A DNA stretch of 29,205 nucleotides from a virus (taxonomy: Duplodnaviria; Caudoviricetes). The first letter of the stretch is position 1; every line of letters starts with the position of its first letter. Below the pieces are notes generated by a model. That model worked only from the letters and a program-made list of their open reading frames with translations, searched no databases and was not told where the DNA came from. The stretch is taken from the IMG/VR virus record IMGVR_UViG_3300011339_000319, positions 1 through 29,205 of that record, one strand, 5' to 3'. The translations under genes and the position numbers were made by a program. Positions 9,675 through 17,600 of the stretch are shown in pieces.

Positions 9675-11098
9675 GTTACAACGGCTCCGGCACATTCCAA
9701 ATCAACACCTCGGGGCAACCCGTGGTGACCGGCACGGTTATCAGCAGTTCCGCATTCAATGCGCTTACCGCAGACCTAGCAACCGGCCTGTCCACAGCAA
9801 TCACAAAGGACGGGCAGACGGCAACCACCGTGCGAATCCCGTTTGCACAAGGCATCAATTCAAGCCTTACCACAGACACCAGCAGCGGCTCTACGGGCTC
9901 AATTTTTACCGCTGGCGGCATAGGTATCACCAAGGGTCTGTTTGTCGGCGGCACGGCAACATTCAGCGCCACACCGGTCTTTTCTGCGCTGACAGCATCA
10001 AGTGCAGTGGCAACCGATGCGTCCAAAAACTTGGTCAGCGTCACAAACACCGGCACAGGCAACAATGTTCTTGCAACCAGCCCGACATTGGTAACGCCAG
10101 CACTAGGAACGCCAGCAAGCGGCGTTATGACTAATGTGACGGGCATCAATTACGATGGCTTCAAGAACCGCATCATCAACGGCGCGATGGTGATTGACCA
10201 GCGCAATGTTGGAGCTTCTCAAACATTTACAGCTGCTGCCGCATTGGCATATGCTGTAGACAGATGGTATGGATATTGCACAGGTGCAAATGTAACAGGC
10301 CAACAAATTGCCGGAGGTACAACGCCAACAGTTACGCAAAATCGATACAGATTTACAGGTGCTGCATCTGTTACGGCGGTAGGTTTTGGTCAACGCATTG
10401 AGCAAAAAAATTCTTATGATTTGGCTGGTTCTACTTGTACGCTGTCAGCAGATTTAGCTATATCTGCAACATTGACCACAGTAACATGGACTGCTTATTA
10501 CGCCACAACAACTGCGGATACGTTTGGTTCATTAGCAAGCCCAACTGTTACTCAAATTGCCACAGGAACATTTACAGTCAGTTCAACAGTTACCAATTTT
10601 TCAACAAATATTAGCATCCCCGCTGCGGCTACTACTGGCATACAAATTTTATTTACTGTAGGAGCATTAACGGCAGGCTTAACATGGACAATTGGAAATG
10701 TTCAACTAGAAAAAGGCAGCACAGCCACATCGTTTGATTACCGTTCGTATGGGACTGAGTTGGCTTTGTGTCAGCGGTACTATGAAACTTATTCAAACGG
10801 TACGGGTACTGGCGCTATTTCTGAAGGTCTAACTGCGGCTTTTCCCACAACGGGAATATGTAGAGGATTTGTTCCATTTAAGGTAACAAAAAGAACAAGC
10901 CCAACTGTAACTGTTCCAACAACATACACAACTATCAACTCAACAGTAGGAAATACTTCTCCTAGTGCTGGTGGATCAAGTTTTTCATCTTTAGAAGGCG
11001 CTAGTATAAATTTTACAGTTTCAGCAGTAGTCGCTGGTCAAGCTTGTACAGTAGGAGTTTCATCATCTGCCCCAATCACAATTTCTGCGGAGTTGTAA
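9671..11098 (+). CDS. Tail fibre / receptor-binding protein
   Basis: Thr/Ser/Gly-rich; MSYNGSGTF anchor; GFKNRIINGAMVIDQRN and VQLEKGSTATSFDYRSYGTELALCQRYY fibre motifs. Confidence 0.85.
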   Translation: MSYNGSGTFQINTSGQPVVTGTVISSSAFNALTADLATGLSTAITKDGQTATTVRIPFAQGINSSLTTDTSSGSTGSIFTAGGIGITKGLFVGGTATFSATPVFSALTASSAVATDASKNLVSVTNTGTGNNVLATSPTLVTPALGTPASGVMTNVTGINYDGFKNRIINGAMVIDQRNVGASQTFTAAAALAYAVDRWYGYCTGANVTGQQIAGGTTPTVTQNRYRFTGAASVTAVGFGQRIEQKNSYDLAGSTCTLSADLAISATLTTVTWTAYYATTTADTFGSLASPTVTQIATGTFTVSSTVTNFSTNISIPAAATTGIQILFTVGALTAGLTWTIGNVQLEKGSTATSFDYRSYGTELALCQRYYETYSNGTGTGAISEGLTAAFPTTGICRGFVPFKVTKRTSPTVTVPTTYTTINSTVGNTSPSAGGSSFSSLEGASINFTVSAVVAGQACTVGVSSSAPITISAEL

Positions 11099-11260
11099 AT
11101 GTATAAATTAATTGCAAACCCATACCAAGCTGGTGAATATGTACCAATGATTAGACGATTGTCTGACAATGCTTGCATACCAACAGACCCAGCCAACAGC
11201 GACTATCAGCAATACTTAGCATGGCTTACTGAAGGCAACACACCACAGGCAGCAGACTAA
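11099..11260 (+). CDS. Small tail-fibre-associated (chaperone-like) protein, 53 aa, absent from the ORF track
   Basis: Own translation: [53 protein letters not shown]; GGAG upstream; IP.DPAN.DYQ.YL.W motif typically follows fibre genes. Confidence 0.8.
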   Translation: MYKLIANPYQAGEYVPMIRRLSDNACIPTDPANSDYQQYLAWLTEGNTPQAAD

Positions 11261-11262
11261 TC

Positions 11263-11496
11263 ATGGAATACCAAGCAATGTTCAACTTTGTTGCAGGCAT
11301 ATTGCTTGTTGCCATCGGCTGGTGGTGCAAAGAAATATGGGACTCGGTGAAAGCCCTTAAATCTGACATCAAGGCCATTGAGATTGACTTGCCCAAAAAC
11401 TACGTTAGCAAAAACGACATCGAAAGCCGGTTTGACAAGATCGACGCAACCTTAGAGCGCATCTTTGACAAGCTAGAAGCAAAAGCCGACAAATGA
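11263..11496 (+). CDS. Single-TM coiled-coil protein, putative holin/antiholin-like
   Basis: N-terminal TM (FNFVAGILLVAIGWW) plus coiled coil; first gene of the lysis cluster. Confidence 0.55.
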   Translation: MEYQAMFNFVAGILLVAIGWWCKEIWDSVKALKSDIKAIEIDLPKNYVSKNDIESRFDKIDATLERIFDKLEAKADK

Positions 11497-11775
11497 ATGC
11501 GCGGCCTTGTTATTTTTCTGATTGCCGCTTTTGTATACGGTGCAACGGTCAAACATGAATGCAGCGTTTCTGATTTTGTAAACCTTATGTATTCAACCAA
11601 CAACCCAAAAGAACGCGCAGACAAGGCGTGGGATTGGTTGGATGCATCAGGGCCAGCTTGCAATAAACAGCAACTGACCTTGATCTACGCAAATTTGCCG
11701 ACCCTCATGGGGTCATCGGACAGCATGAAAATTCGGGCAAGAATTGAGCAACTGCATGAAAGGGCATCAAAATGA
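11497..11775 (+). CDS. Hypothetical exported protein
   Basis: Signal-peptide-like MRGLVIFLIAAFVYGA; two Cys. Confidence 0.55.
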   Translation: MRGLVIFLIAAFVYGATVKHECSVSDFVNLMYSTNNPKERADKAWDWLDASGPACNKQQLTLIYANLPTLMGSSDSMKIRARIEQLHERASK

Positions 11776-12002
11776 ATGAATCATGGTTAGCGCGGAACAT
11801 CCAACCGGTGACCGTGGTGTTCCTGCTTTTTTCCTATTTTTTGTTTGCCATGCTTTCCATTTTTGAATTGGAAACGCGCGGCGCTTATGTAGATTTGCTA
11901 GGCCAGGCCATGATCATTGTGATTACTGCCATTTTTGCTGGCAAAACGGCTGAAAAAATTGTAGACATCCGCACCAACAAAGGAACATCAAATGGCACTT
12001 GA
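11772..12002 (+). CDS. Two-TM membrane protein, holin-like
   Basis: Two hydrophobic segments; SWLARNIQP and FAGKTAEK resemble the C-terminal half of 3TM holins. Confidence 0.55.
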   Translation: MNESWLARNIQPVTVVFLLFSYFLFAMLSIFELETRGAYVDLLGQAMIIVITAIFAGKTAEKIVDIRTNKGTSNGT

Positions 12003-12399
12003 TCCTGTTTCCGCGCTTTTAGACATTGGCGGCAAGGTGATGGATCGGCTGTGGCCTGATCCCGCGCAAGCTGCTGCCGCAAAACTGGAATTGTTCAAGC
12101 TACAGCAAAGCGGCGAATTGGCAATGATTGCGGGCCAACTTGACATCAACAAAGCCGAGGCTGCAAATCCATCGGTGTTTGTCAGCGGCTGGCGACCAGG
12201 CATTGGTTGGGTGTGCGGTGCAGGCTTTGCCGTGCAGTTTGTGATTGGCCCATTAGCTGAATGGGGATCAATGCTTTACGGTCATCCTGTCAAATTTCCC
12301 GCTATGGATACCGGCACAATCATGCCGCTTTTGCTTGGAATGCTTGGCCTTGGCGGTTTGAGAACTGCTGAAAAAATCAACGGGGTTGCAGCCAAATGA
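11992..12399 (+). CDS. Holin of 3TMs (GTA-holin-like family)
   Basis: INKAEAANPSVFVSGWRPGIGWVCG...LLGMLGLGGLRTAEK family signature. Confidence 0.85.
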   Translation: MALDPVSALLDIGGKVMDRLWPDPAQAAAAKLELFKLQQSGELAMIAGQLDINKAEAANPSVFVSGWRPGIGWVCGAGFAVQFVIGPLAEWGSMLYGHPVKFPAMDTGTIMPLLLGMLGLGGLRTAEKINGVAAK

Positions 12400-12629
12400 A
12401 AGCCAAGCTGACGTTTCTTGTAACCTTAATGGTTAGCTTTACCCTATGCATTGTTGTCGTTGGCATGGTTGGCGTGTTGATGGCTGGCCTGTTTAACCCA
12501 CTTGTTGACAACGGTGAAATTTTCAAACTTATTAGCCCAGCGTTTCAAACCATTGTCGGTGGTTTTATTGGCCTTTTGGCTGGTGTAAAGCTATCTCACG
12601 GCGAAACAAATGAAGAAGTTGCAAAATGA
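12396..12629 (+). CDS. Two-TM membrane protein
   Basis: Two long hydrophobic segments; PAFQTIVGGFIGLLAG. Confidence 0.6.
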   Translation: MKAKLTFLVTLMVSFTLCIVVVGMVGVLMAGLFNPLVDNGEIFKLISPAFQTIVGGFIGLLAGVKLSHGETNEEVAK

Positions 12630-13042
12630 TCAACTCCCGCAGTTTGGATGACTTAGCCCCACCCGTTAAACATCGGGCACAAGCGTTTGTAGACGCTGCC
12701 AAAGCCAAGGGCATTGACTTGCTGGTGACCTCTACCTACCGTGACAACGAAAGCCAAAACGCTCTATATGCCCAAGGCCGCACAACGCCTGGCAACATAG
12801 TGACAAAAGCTAAAGCAGGGCAATCTTGGCACAACCACCGTTGCGCCCTAGATGTTGTGCCGTTAGTCAATGGAAAAGCAATATGGGACGATCAGGCCAT
12901 GTGGAAACAAGTGGGCGAGATTGGCAAATCTTGCGGCCTAGAATGGGCTGGTGATTGGAAGACGTTTAAAGAATACCCGCACTTTCAATATACGGGTGGA
13001 ATGACTCTTGCCCAACTTCAGCAAGGCGCAAAGATCACTTAG
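12626..13042 (+). CDS. Endolysin, peptidase M15 (L-Ala-D-Glu endopeptidase-like)
   Basis: TYR...Q..LYAQGRT, SWHN...ALD, WAGDW..F.EYPHFQ zinc-peptidase motifs. Confidence 0.92.
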   Translation: MINSRSLDDLAPPVKHRAQAFVDAAKAKGIDLLVTSTYRDNESQNALYAQGRTTPGNIVTKAKAGQSWHNHRCALDVVPLVNGKAIWDDQAMWKQVGEIGKSCGLEWAGDWKTFKEYPHFQYTGGMTLAQLQQGAKIT

Positions 13043-13208
13043 CTTGTGTTTCAACTTGATGCACCAATGCGGAATGCATCTTAGAAACCTCTACAAGCGC
13101 CTGCAACGTCAATTCGACAGCCAAGTCATACTTGTTGTCCAACACGGCCCAATGCGCGTCTTTAAGCGCCTTTTCTGCGTTCATGCAGGGTCTTGCGTAG
13201 TCAATCAC
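13035..13208 (-). CDS. Hypothetical protein (MIDYARPCMNAEKALKDAH...)
   Basis: GGAGG at 13222-13218 precedes GTG 13208; stop overlaps the endolysin end. Confidence 0.6.
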   Translation of the reverse strand: MIDYARPCMNAEKALKDAHWAVLDNKYDLAVELTLQALVEVSKMHSALVHQVETQAK

Positions 13209-13383
13209 CGTTTTTTTCCTCCAAAAATACAACGTATTCACATAAACGTCTAAACACTGACGGTTCCAATGCAACCACTTTGTTTTCATGGTGATTGACA
13301 GCAAGCCAAATCTGATAACCATCAAAACTAACGTACACACCATCACCTAAATAATTATTTGCGTAAGATTCTTGTTTATTCAT
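13201..13383 (-). CDS. Hypothetical protein (YLGDGVYVSFDGYQIWL)
   Basis: AAGGAG upstream of ATG 13383; overlaps both neighbours. Confidence 0.7.
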   Translation of the reverse strand: MNKQESYANNYLGDGVYVSFDGYQIWLAVNHHENKVVALEPSVFRRLCEYVVFLEEKNGD

Positions 13384-14011
13384 TGTTGGTCTCCTTGATG
13401 TCGTAAAACCAATTGTCGCCAGCACTCCATTTGCGTGTGCCGTCCACCGTCCAAAAAGTCTGCGCGGCTTGAAAATCAGGAAATTTTGTTTCAGCGGGCA
13501 CAAGGCTTTGGTCATACCAAAGACAGCGGTTGTTTGGCTGGCAAGCAAACTGCCCGTTTTCTAGGCGCATAAAATTAAACGATTTGTGTTCTTCAGCTTG
13601 TTCTGTAAAGCCTGTGTCTAAGTCTTGCCCATCGGCGCAAAAATCCACTGTGAAAAGATATGTGCCGTGATGCCATTGCTTGTCTTTGCCCAAGAATTTC
13701 ACGCCTAAGTTACGCAAGGCAATCTTTTCCACAACCGTGAAACGATAACCCATGCAATCCCACAACTGCAAGAAATCAATGGGCAAATTGCCGTGGTCGG
13801 CTTTCCACACATAGGCATGGATTGGCAGCTTGTCATACAGCGCACCGTAAGCTGGCAACAAGGATTCAATCCTAAAAACTTGCCCGCGCAAGGCTTTGAT
13901 GCTGACCCAAATGGCTGGCTCCAGTTCGCCGTGGCCTTTGGTGAAATTGTGCAAAAACTCACGCCGCACAAAGCATTTCAATGGCGGCAACGCCGCAACA
14001 ATGTAACTCAT
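13376..14011 (-). CDS. Conserved phage protein of unknown function (EHK, QPNNR motifs)
   Basis: 211-aa globular-looking ORF, ATGA coupled. Confidence 0.8.
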   Translation of the reverse strand: MSYIVAALPPLKCFVRREFLHNFTKGHGELEPAIWVSIKALRGQVFRIESLLPAYGALYDKLPIHAYVWKADHGNLPIDFLQLWDCMGYRFTVVEKIALRNLGVKFLGKDKQWHHGTYLFTVDFCADGQDLDTGFTEQAEEHKSFNFMRLENGQFACQPNNRCLWYDQSLVPAETKFPDFQAAQTFWTVDGTRKWSAGDNWFYDIKETNNE

Positions 14012-14322
14012 GTGTTTTTCTTCTTAATGTTGTGGGCGGCGCGTAAAGCGTTTTTTACGGCCTCAAACGGCTTAATTGCGTCAGTTTGAAAGTGCCGATA
14101 TGTTTGCATCAGATTGTAAAAATTTTCCGACTCTAAAAACGCATCAAACGCCACAGGCTCCTGCGCTGGCTGTGCCAAGGCTTCTCGTTCTTGAACAGTA
14201 GCCACAATAAAATGGCATGTGTCGCAGCACAAATCTTCGTAAGGCTCGCCTGTTGCCGCGTCGTTACCGGGTCTGAAACTAGATGGCTGCAACGATGTGC
14301 AGTTTTCGCAATAAGCCTTCAT
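14008..14322 (-). CDS. Accessory protein with Cys cluster and AQPAQEPV linker
   Basis: CENC...CCDTC; AAGGAG upstream; ATGA coupled. Confidence 0.65.
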   Translation of the reverse strand: MKAYCENCTSLQPSSFRPGNDAATGEPYEDLCCDTCHFIVATVQEREALAQPAQEPVAFDAFLESENFYNLMQTYRHFQTDAIKPFEAVKNALRAAHNIKKKNT

Positions 14323-14696
14323 GTGTTCTTCTCCTTAATGCCGTGGGCCAGCAGCACTTTGGTAACGTGTTCACGCAATCCATATGGTGCGTTATCAACT
14401 TCAACGTATTGTTTCCACTCAGCTAAGTCGTTTATCAGATATTCGTATTGAGGCTCCTGCACTGGCAGGGGTGGGGTGGTGGCCTTATTTATTGCGTCAA
14501 CGAGCCATGATGGAGGCGAACAGTCTGCTTGCTTTCCATTTTCAACAAGGTACGCAGACCATCTGCCGAGGCATTCCCACAAGTGAGTTACCGGCTCCTG
14601 TGCTACACCGCAATCACACTTCCCCGCAGGGTACGCTGGCCCGTTATGCACCGCGCAGTCAGACCAATGCTTTACAGGATCCTGCGCTGGCTGTGC
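14008..14696. repeat. Dispersed direct repeats at gene ends and in linkers
   Basis: 14008-14037 vs 14319-14348 (26/30 identical); exact 17-mer TCCTGCGCTGGCTGTGC at 14159-14175 and 14680-14696. Confidence 0.85.
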
Positions 14697-14816
14697 ATTC
14701 ATCCATTCACTAGGGTGCAGTTTTGGTACATAGCCATATCGCTCACCTACCTTGCGCTCTTCAGCGGCAATAAACTTGTCCGCAGCCATGCGCTGCTTTG
14801 AATCAAATCCGGTCAT
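14319..14816 (-). CDS. Mosaic accessory protein with AQEP-type linkers
   Basis: Start MTGFDSK with ATGA overlap; HWSDCAVHNGPAYPAGKCDCG module; three Q[ED]P linkers. Confidence 0.65.
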   Translation of the reverse strand: MTGFDSKQRMAADKFIAAEERKVGERYGYVPKLHPSEWMNAQPAQDPVKHWSDCAVHNGPAYPAGKCDCGVAQEPVTHLWECLGRWSAYLVENGKQADCSPPSWLVDAINKATTPPLPVQEPQYEYLINDLAEWKQYVEVDNAPYGLREHVTKVLLAHGIKEKNT

Positions 14817-15025
14817 AACATTCCACCTTTCAAAGTAATGCAAGTGCCTTCGATTAACGTAACCATACCGCCGCCTTTAAGCGCCATCTTTTGCAAATTT
14901 TCCTTTTGTGCGTCTACCGCAGCGCGGCATTGCTGTTCGGACTTGTACCAGTTTTGCGCTTGCATAAATTCGCAATTGCCATTCATGCAGACAAACAAGA
15001 TGGGAACAAAAATAACTTGGATCAT
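14813..15025 (-). CDS. Hypothetical small Cys-containing protein with hydrophobic N-terminus
   Basis: MIQVIFVPILFVCMNGNCEF...; ATGA overlaps. Confidence 0.6.
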   Translation of the reverse strand: MIQVIFVPILFVCMNGNCEFMQAQNWYKSEQQCRAAVDAQKENLQKMALKGGGMVTLIEGTCITLKGGML

Positions 15026-15147
15026 GCTATCAATCCCCACACAATACCTGCCACTACCGCCATAAACAAACAAAAGAAAAACACGGCAATCACTACTTTT
15101 GCTAAAGCAATAAAAAGACTGCCGCCATCTGATTCTTCATCGTTCAT
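15022..15147 (-). CDS. Small single-TM protein
   Basis: GGAG upstream of ATG 15147; MNDEESDGGSLFIALAKVVIAVFFFCLFMAVVAGIVWGLIA. Confidence 0.6.
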   Translation of the reverse strand: MNDEESDGGSLFIALAKVVIAVFFFCLFMAVVAGIVWGLIA

Positions 15148-15281
15148 TTGCAATGCTCCGTAAAAATTGCCAACACACTTCCGCACGGTGGGCAATAAGT
15201 GGCGTAACCAACCCAAAAAAATCCCGCCATCATTACAGACCAAACGCCAATTAAAGCAAAAATGGTTTCGATCAATCTCAT
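15144..15281 (-). CDS. Small single-TM protein, 45 aa, absent from the ORF track
   Basis: Own translation MRLIETIFALIGVWSVMMAGFFWVGYATYCPPCGSVLAIFTEHCK; ATGA overlaps at both ends. Confidence 0.6.
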   Translation of the reverse strand: MRLIETIFALIGVWSVMMAGFFWVGYATYCPPCGSVLAIFTEHCK

Positions 15282-15574
15282 ATCAGTGACCTCTGTTGTG
15301 GTTGAAAAGCCCATTCACGTTCAAGCCGGTTTGACAATGATTTGACCAACTGGCCCGTTTGTTTAATCAGCCCCTGGCGCTCCAGTTCGGGCAATCGGCG
15401 GCTGATTTGATTTTTATCCAGTTTGGTTAGCAGCATGATGCCGTCTTTGCCTAGCGCCCCATTGCGCTGTAGGCAATCAACAATGATGATGGCGTGATCT
15501 TTAGCAAGGTCATAGGCTTGCGCTGCCGCCATGTGGCTTGTCACCGGATCGGTGTTTCTAGAAAGGAATGTCAT
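15278..15574 (-). CDS. Winged-HTH DNA-binding protein
   Basis: RNTDPVTSHMAA N-terminus; ISRRLPELERQGLI recognition helix; AAGGAG upstream (exact Met among three uncertain). Confidence 0.7.
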   Translation of the reverse strand: MTFLSRNTDPVTSHMAAAQAYDLAKDHAIIIVDCLQRNGALGKDGIMLLTKLDKNQISRRLPELERQGLIKQTGQLVKSLSNRLEREWAFQPQQRSLI

Positions 15575-15806
15575 CATCATTCTCCTTTGGCAAACCTTGA
15601 TATTTGTCCTCGCGTGGGCGTGGCTCATTTAAAAACGCCCAACCGTCCCAACCGCCATCTTTCAACGGGATCACATCCAGTTTGAGCATTTCGCCTTTGT
15701 GCGTTTGGATGATTGACCCAATGCGCTGGTATCTGTTCTTTTGTTGACCATCGGCATTGGTGTAGCTGCCAACGATACAAGTGACTTCCATTTTGGTTTT
15801 TGACAT
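15558..15806 (-). CDS. Minimal single-stranded DNA-binding-like protein
   Basis: 82 aa ending DDDIPF (SSB acidic tip); adjacent to ERF. Confidence 0.65.
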   Translation of the reverse strand: MSKTKMEVTCIVGSYTNADGQQKNRYQRIGSIIQTHKGEMLKLDVIPLKDGGWDGWAFLNEPRPREDKYQGLPKENDDDIPF

Positions 15807-15808
15807 GA

Positions 15809-16468
15809 TTACCCTTTTAGTGATTCGGCGTGTTTCTTAATGCTGCTGCGGGTTTTGCTGTCAAGCATTCCCCACAAAGCGGTCTTTTCTTCCACATCGG
15901 TCACGCCTAAATATTCTTCAAACGCACCGATTAGGTCATTGGCGCTTATGCGCTCATCAATGGCTGCTGCAACGTCTGCAACGACTGCCATGCGATTAGG
16001 CGGCACAAGGTCAGTCTTGGTCGCTGATACCTTTGGCGCTGGCGTGTGCGTGTGTGCATCCGCATCATTGTCCGATTCGGTTGGGATGCTGAATGCTTGA
16101 AAACAAGCGTATTTGTAGGCAGCAGACATGGCTTTATTTGTGGCCTTGTCGCCGCTATCCATTGCCTCGCCAAAAGTTTTGACGGTGTGTTTTGTGCCAT
16201 CTTCAGCAGATACAAAATCAAATTCAGCATCCACAATGACATAAAACAATGCCCCGCCTTTTTGCGACACGCGCTCCACACACTCCCGCGACAAGACCCG
16301 TGGAAGAATGCATAACCCGTGTTTGGCTAACAACGGCGCAATGGTGTTGTAGACATCATCAATGCCCCGAAAGTTGTAGCCGCTGCCTTGCATATTGCGG
16401 CGGTCTTTCGTAATGCCAAGCACAGACAAGTCAGCCTGGACGTTGTTGATTGCTTTGTAAACTTTCAT
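15809..16468 (-). CDS. erf: ERF-family single-strand annealing protein
   Basis: GYNFRGIDDV, GEAMDSGDKATNKAMSAAYKYA...F.IPTE..NDAD. Confidence 0.9.
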   Translation of the reverse strand: MKVYKAINNVQADLSVLGITKDRRNMQGSGYNFRGIDDVYNTIAPLLAKHGLCILPRVLSRECVERVSQKGGALFYVIVDAEFDFVSAEDGTKHTVKTFGEAMDSGDKATNKAMSAAYKYACFQAFSIPTESDNDADAHTHTPAPKVSATKTDLVPPNRMAVVADVAAAIDERISANDLIGAFEEYLGVTDVEEKTALWGMLDSKTRSSIKKHAESLKG

Positions 16469-16617
16469 AGGTCACCTCCAAAATCAATTCCACAATGTTC
16501 ACAATAAAAGTGCCAGCAAGTGCCAACTTCGCCTTTGACTTTCTGCCCACAATCTCGCCCGCATTCGGGGCATTCGTATTCTTCCAATTCACAATCAGGT
16601 TTTACATGGTCGTCCAT
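16465..16617 (-). CDS. Small zinc-ribbon protein
   Basis: AGGAG upstream of ATG 16617; CPEC...CEHC. Confidence 0.6.
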   Translation of the reverse strand: MDDHVKPDCELEEYECPECGRDCGQKVKGEVGTCWHFYCEHCGIDFGGDL

Positions 16618-16640
16618 TTTTATGCTCCTAATTTTTTGCA

Positions 16641-16877
16641 TCAGTAATATCGTGGGCCACAAGTGACATCAACAATGGTTTCGGCGGTGTAGCCATTGAT
16701 CTTGCGCTTGCCAAACACCGTGATTGCCCGCAAGCCGGATGTTTCACATTGTTTGACAGCATCAATGACCTCAGACCGACCCATTGATTGGATTTTCTTG
16801 TCCATCACCAATTGCTGTTCGGTCATGGGCGGTTCGCTAGCGCAACCTACCAGCGCAAGGCATAGTAGGTATTTCAT
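16641..16877 (-). CDS. Small lipoprotein
   Basis: MKYLLCLALVG/C lipobox at Cys12. Confidence 0.75.
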   Translation of the reverse strand: MKYLLCLALVGCASEPPMTEQQLVMDKKIQSMGRSEVIDAVKQCETSGLRAITVFGKRKINGYTAETIVDVTCGPRYY

Positions 16878-17062
16878 GCGCGTTCTCCCATCAGCATCTT
16901 TTCAATGTTGCCAATCTCTTCCACAGCAAATTCAATTTCTTTGCACAGATGCCGCACTTGCGCCCGCAAACATCCAACTTCGTAGGCCAGCCGGTCGCAG
17001 CGGTCGGTGCTGTATGCATTGGCGCGGTCTTCACAATCTTTGATAATTTCAGCGGAGTTCAT
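16874..17062 (-). CDS. Hypothetical protein (DRLAYEVGCLRAQV)
   Basis: 62 aa; ATGA overlaps at both ends. Confidence 0.65.
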   Translation of the reverse strand: MNSAEIIKDCEDRANAYSTDRCDRLAYEVGCLRAQVRHLCKEIEFAVEEIGNIEKMLMGERA

Positions 17063-17271
17063 TTTTCAAGCCTTTCGTTGATGTATTGGCGTAAGTAGTT
17101 GCGGGTTGCTGCATTAAGGTAATCAATCCATTCCAAGCCCTCATAGACCACAGAACAGATCACTAGTGAATCGGTTTCGGTGTTCCATTCGTATTCCACA
17201 AGCAGCTTGGCAAATTCGCCGTTGCCCATCCTGTCCCATTCAACTTCATGTGTACTGTTAACGATTGCCAT
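17059..17271 (-). CDS. Hypothetical acidic protein
   Basis: GGAG upstream; 70 aa; resembles the upstream neighbour. Confidence 0.65.
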   Translation of the reverse strand: MAIVNSTHEVEWDRMGNGEFAKLLVEYEWNTETDSLVICSVVYEGLEWIDYLNAATRNYLRQYINERLEK

Positions 17272-17466
17272 TTAGTTCTCCAGTGTTTTGTCAAGTTGCT
17301 CTTCAAAATGCCTGATCAAGTCTTTGCTCAAAATGTCAAAGAATTCAACGCCGTTGTGCGTGATTGACCAAATGCTGATCCATTCTTTTCTAGGGTCATC
17401 ACACTTGATAACGTCATAAGCGATTTCAAACTCTGCGCCCTCATATGTGTAATTGGTCAAGGTCAT
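17272..17466 (-). CDS. Hypothetical acidic protein (MTLTNYTYEGAEFEIAY...)
   Basis: GGAGG upstream of ATG 17466; ATGA overlap. Confidence 0.65.
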   Translation of the reverse strand: MTLTNYTYEGAEFEIAYDVIKCDDPRKEWISIWSITHNGVEFFDILSKDLIRHFEEQLDKTLEN

Positions 17467-17555
17467 ACGCCACCTCCAACAAAGTAGCCAATGGTGTAGC
17501 TGATGATGGCAATAGCTGCCGCTGTGATGATGCTGTCCCAGGTTTCGTGTGTCAT
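17463..17555 (-). CDS. 30-aa single-TM peptide, first gene of the leftward operon, absent from the ORF track
   Basis: Own translation MTHETWDSIITAAAIAIISYTIGYFVGGGV; AGGA upstream; stop overlaps next start. Confidence 0.6.
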   Translation of the reverse strand: MTHETWDSIITAAAIAIISYTIGYFVGGGV

Positions 17556-17600
17556 TTGATTTTCCTAAATAGTCCGCTCCGGAATGTTGCGGCTGAGGCA

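Noticed and set aside
9671-11260. Diversity-generating retroelement or invertible fibre cassette
   Set aside because: No reverse transcriptase, template repeat, invertase or inverted repeats seen in the window
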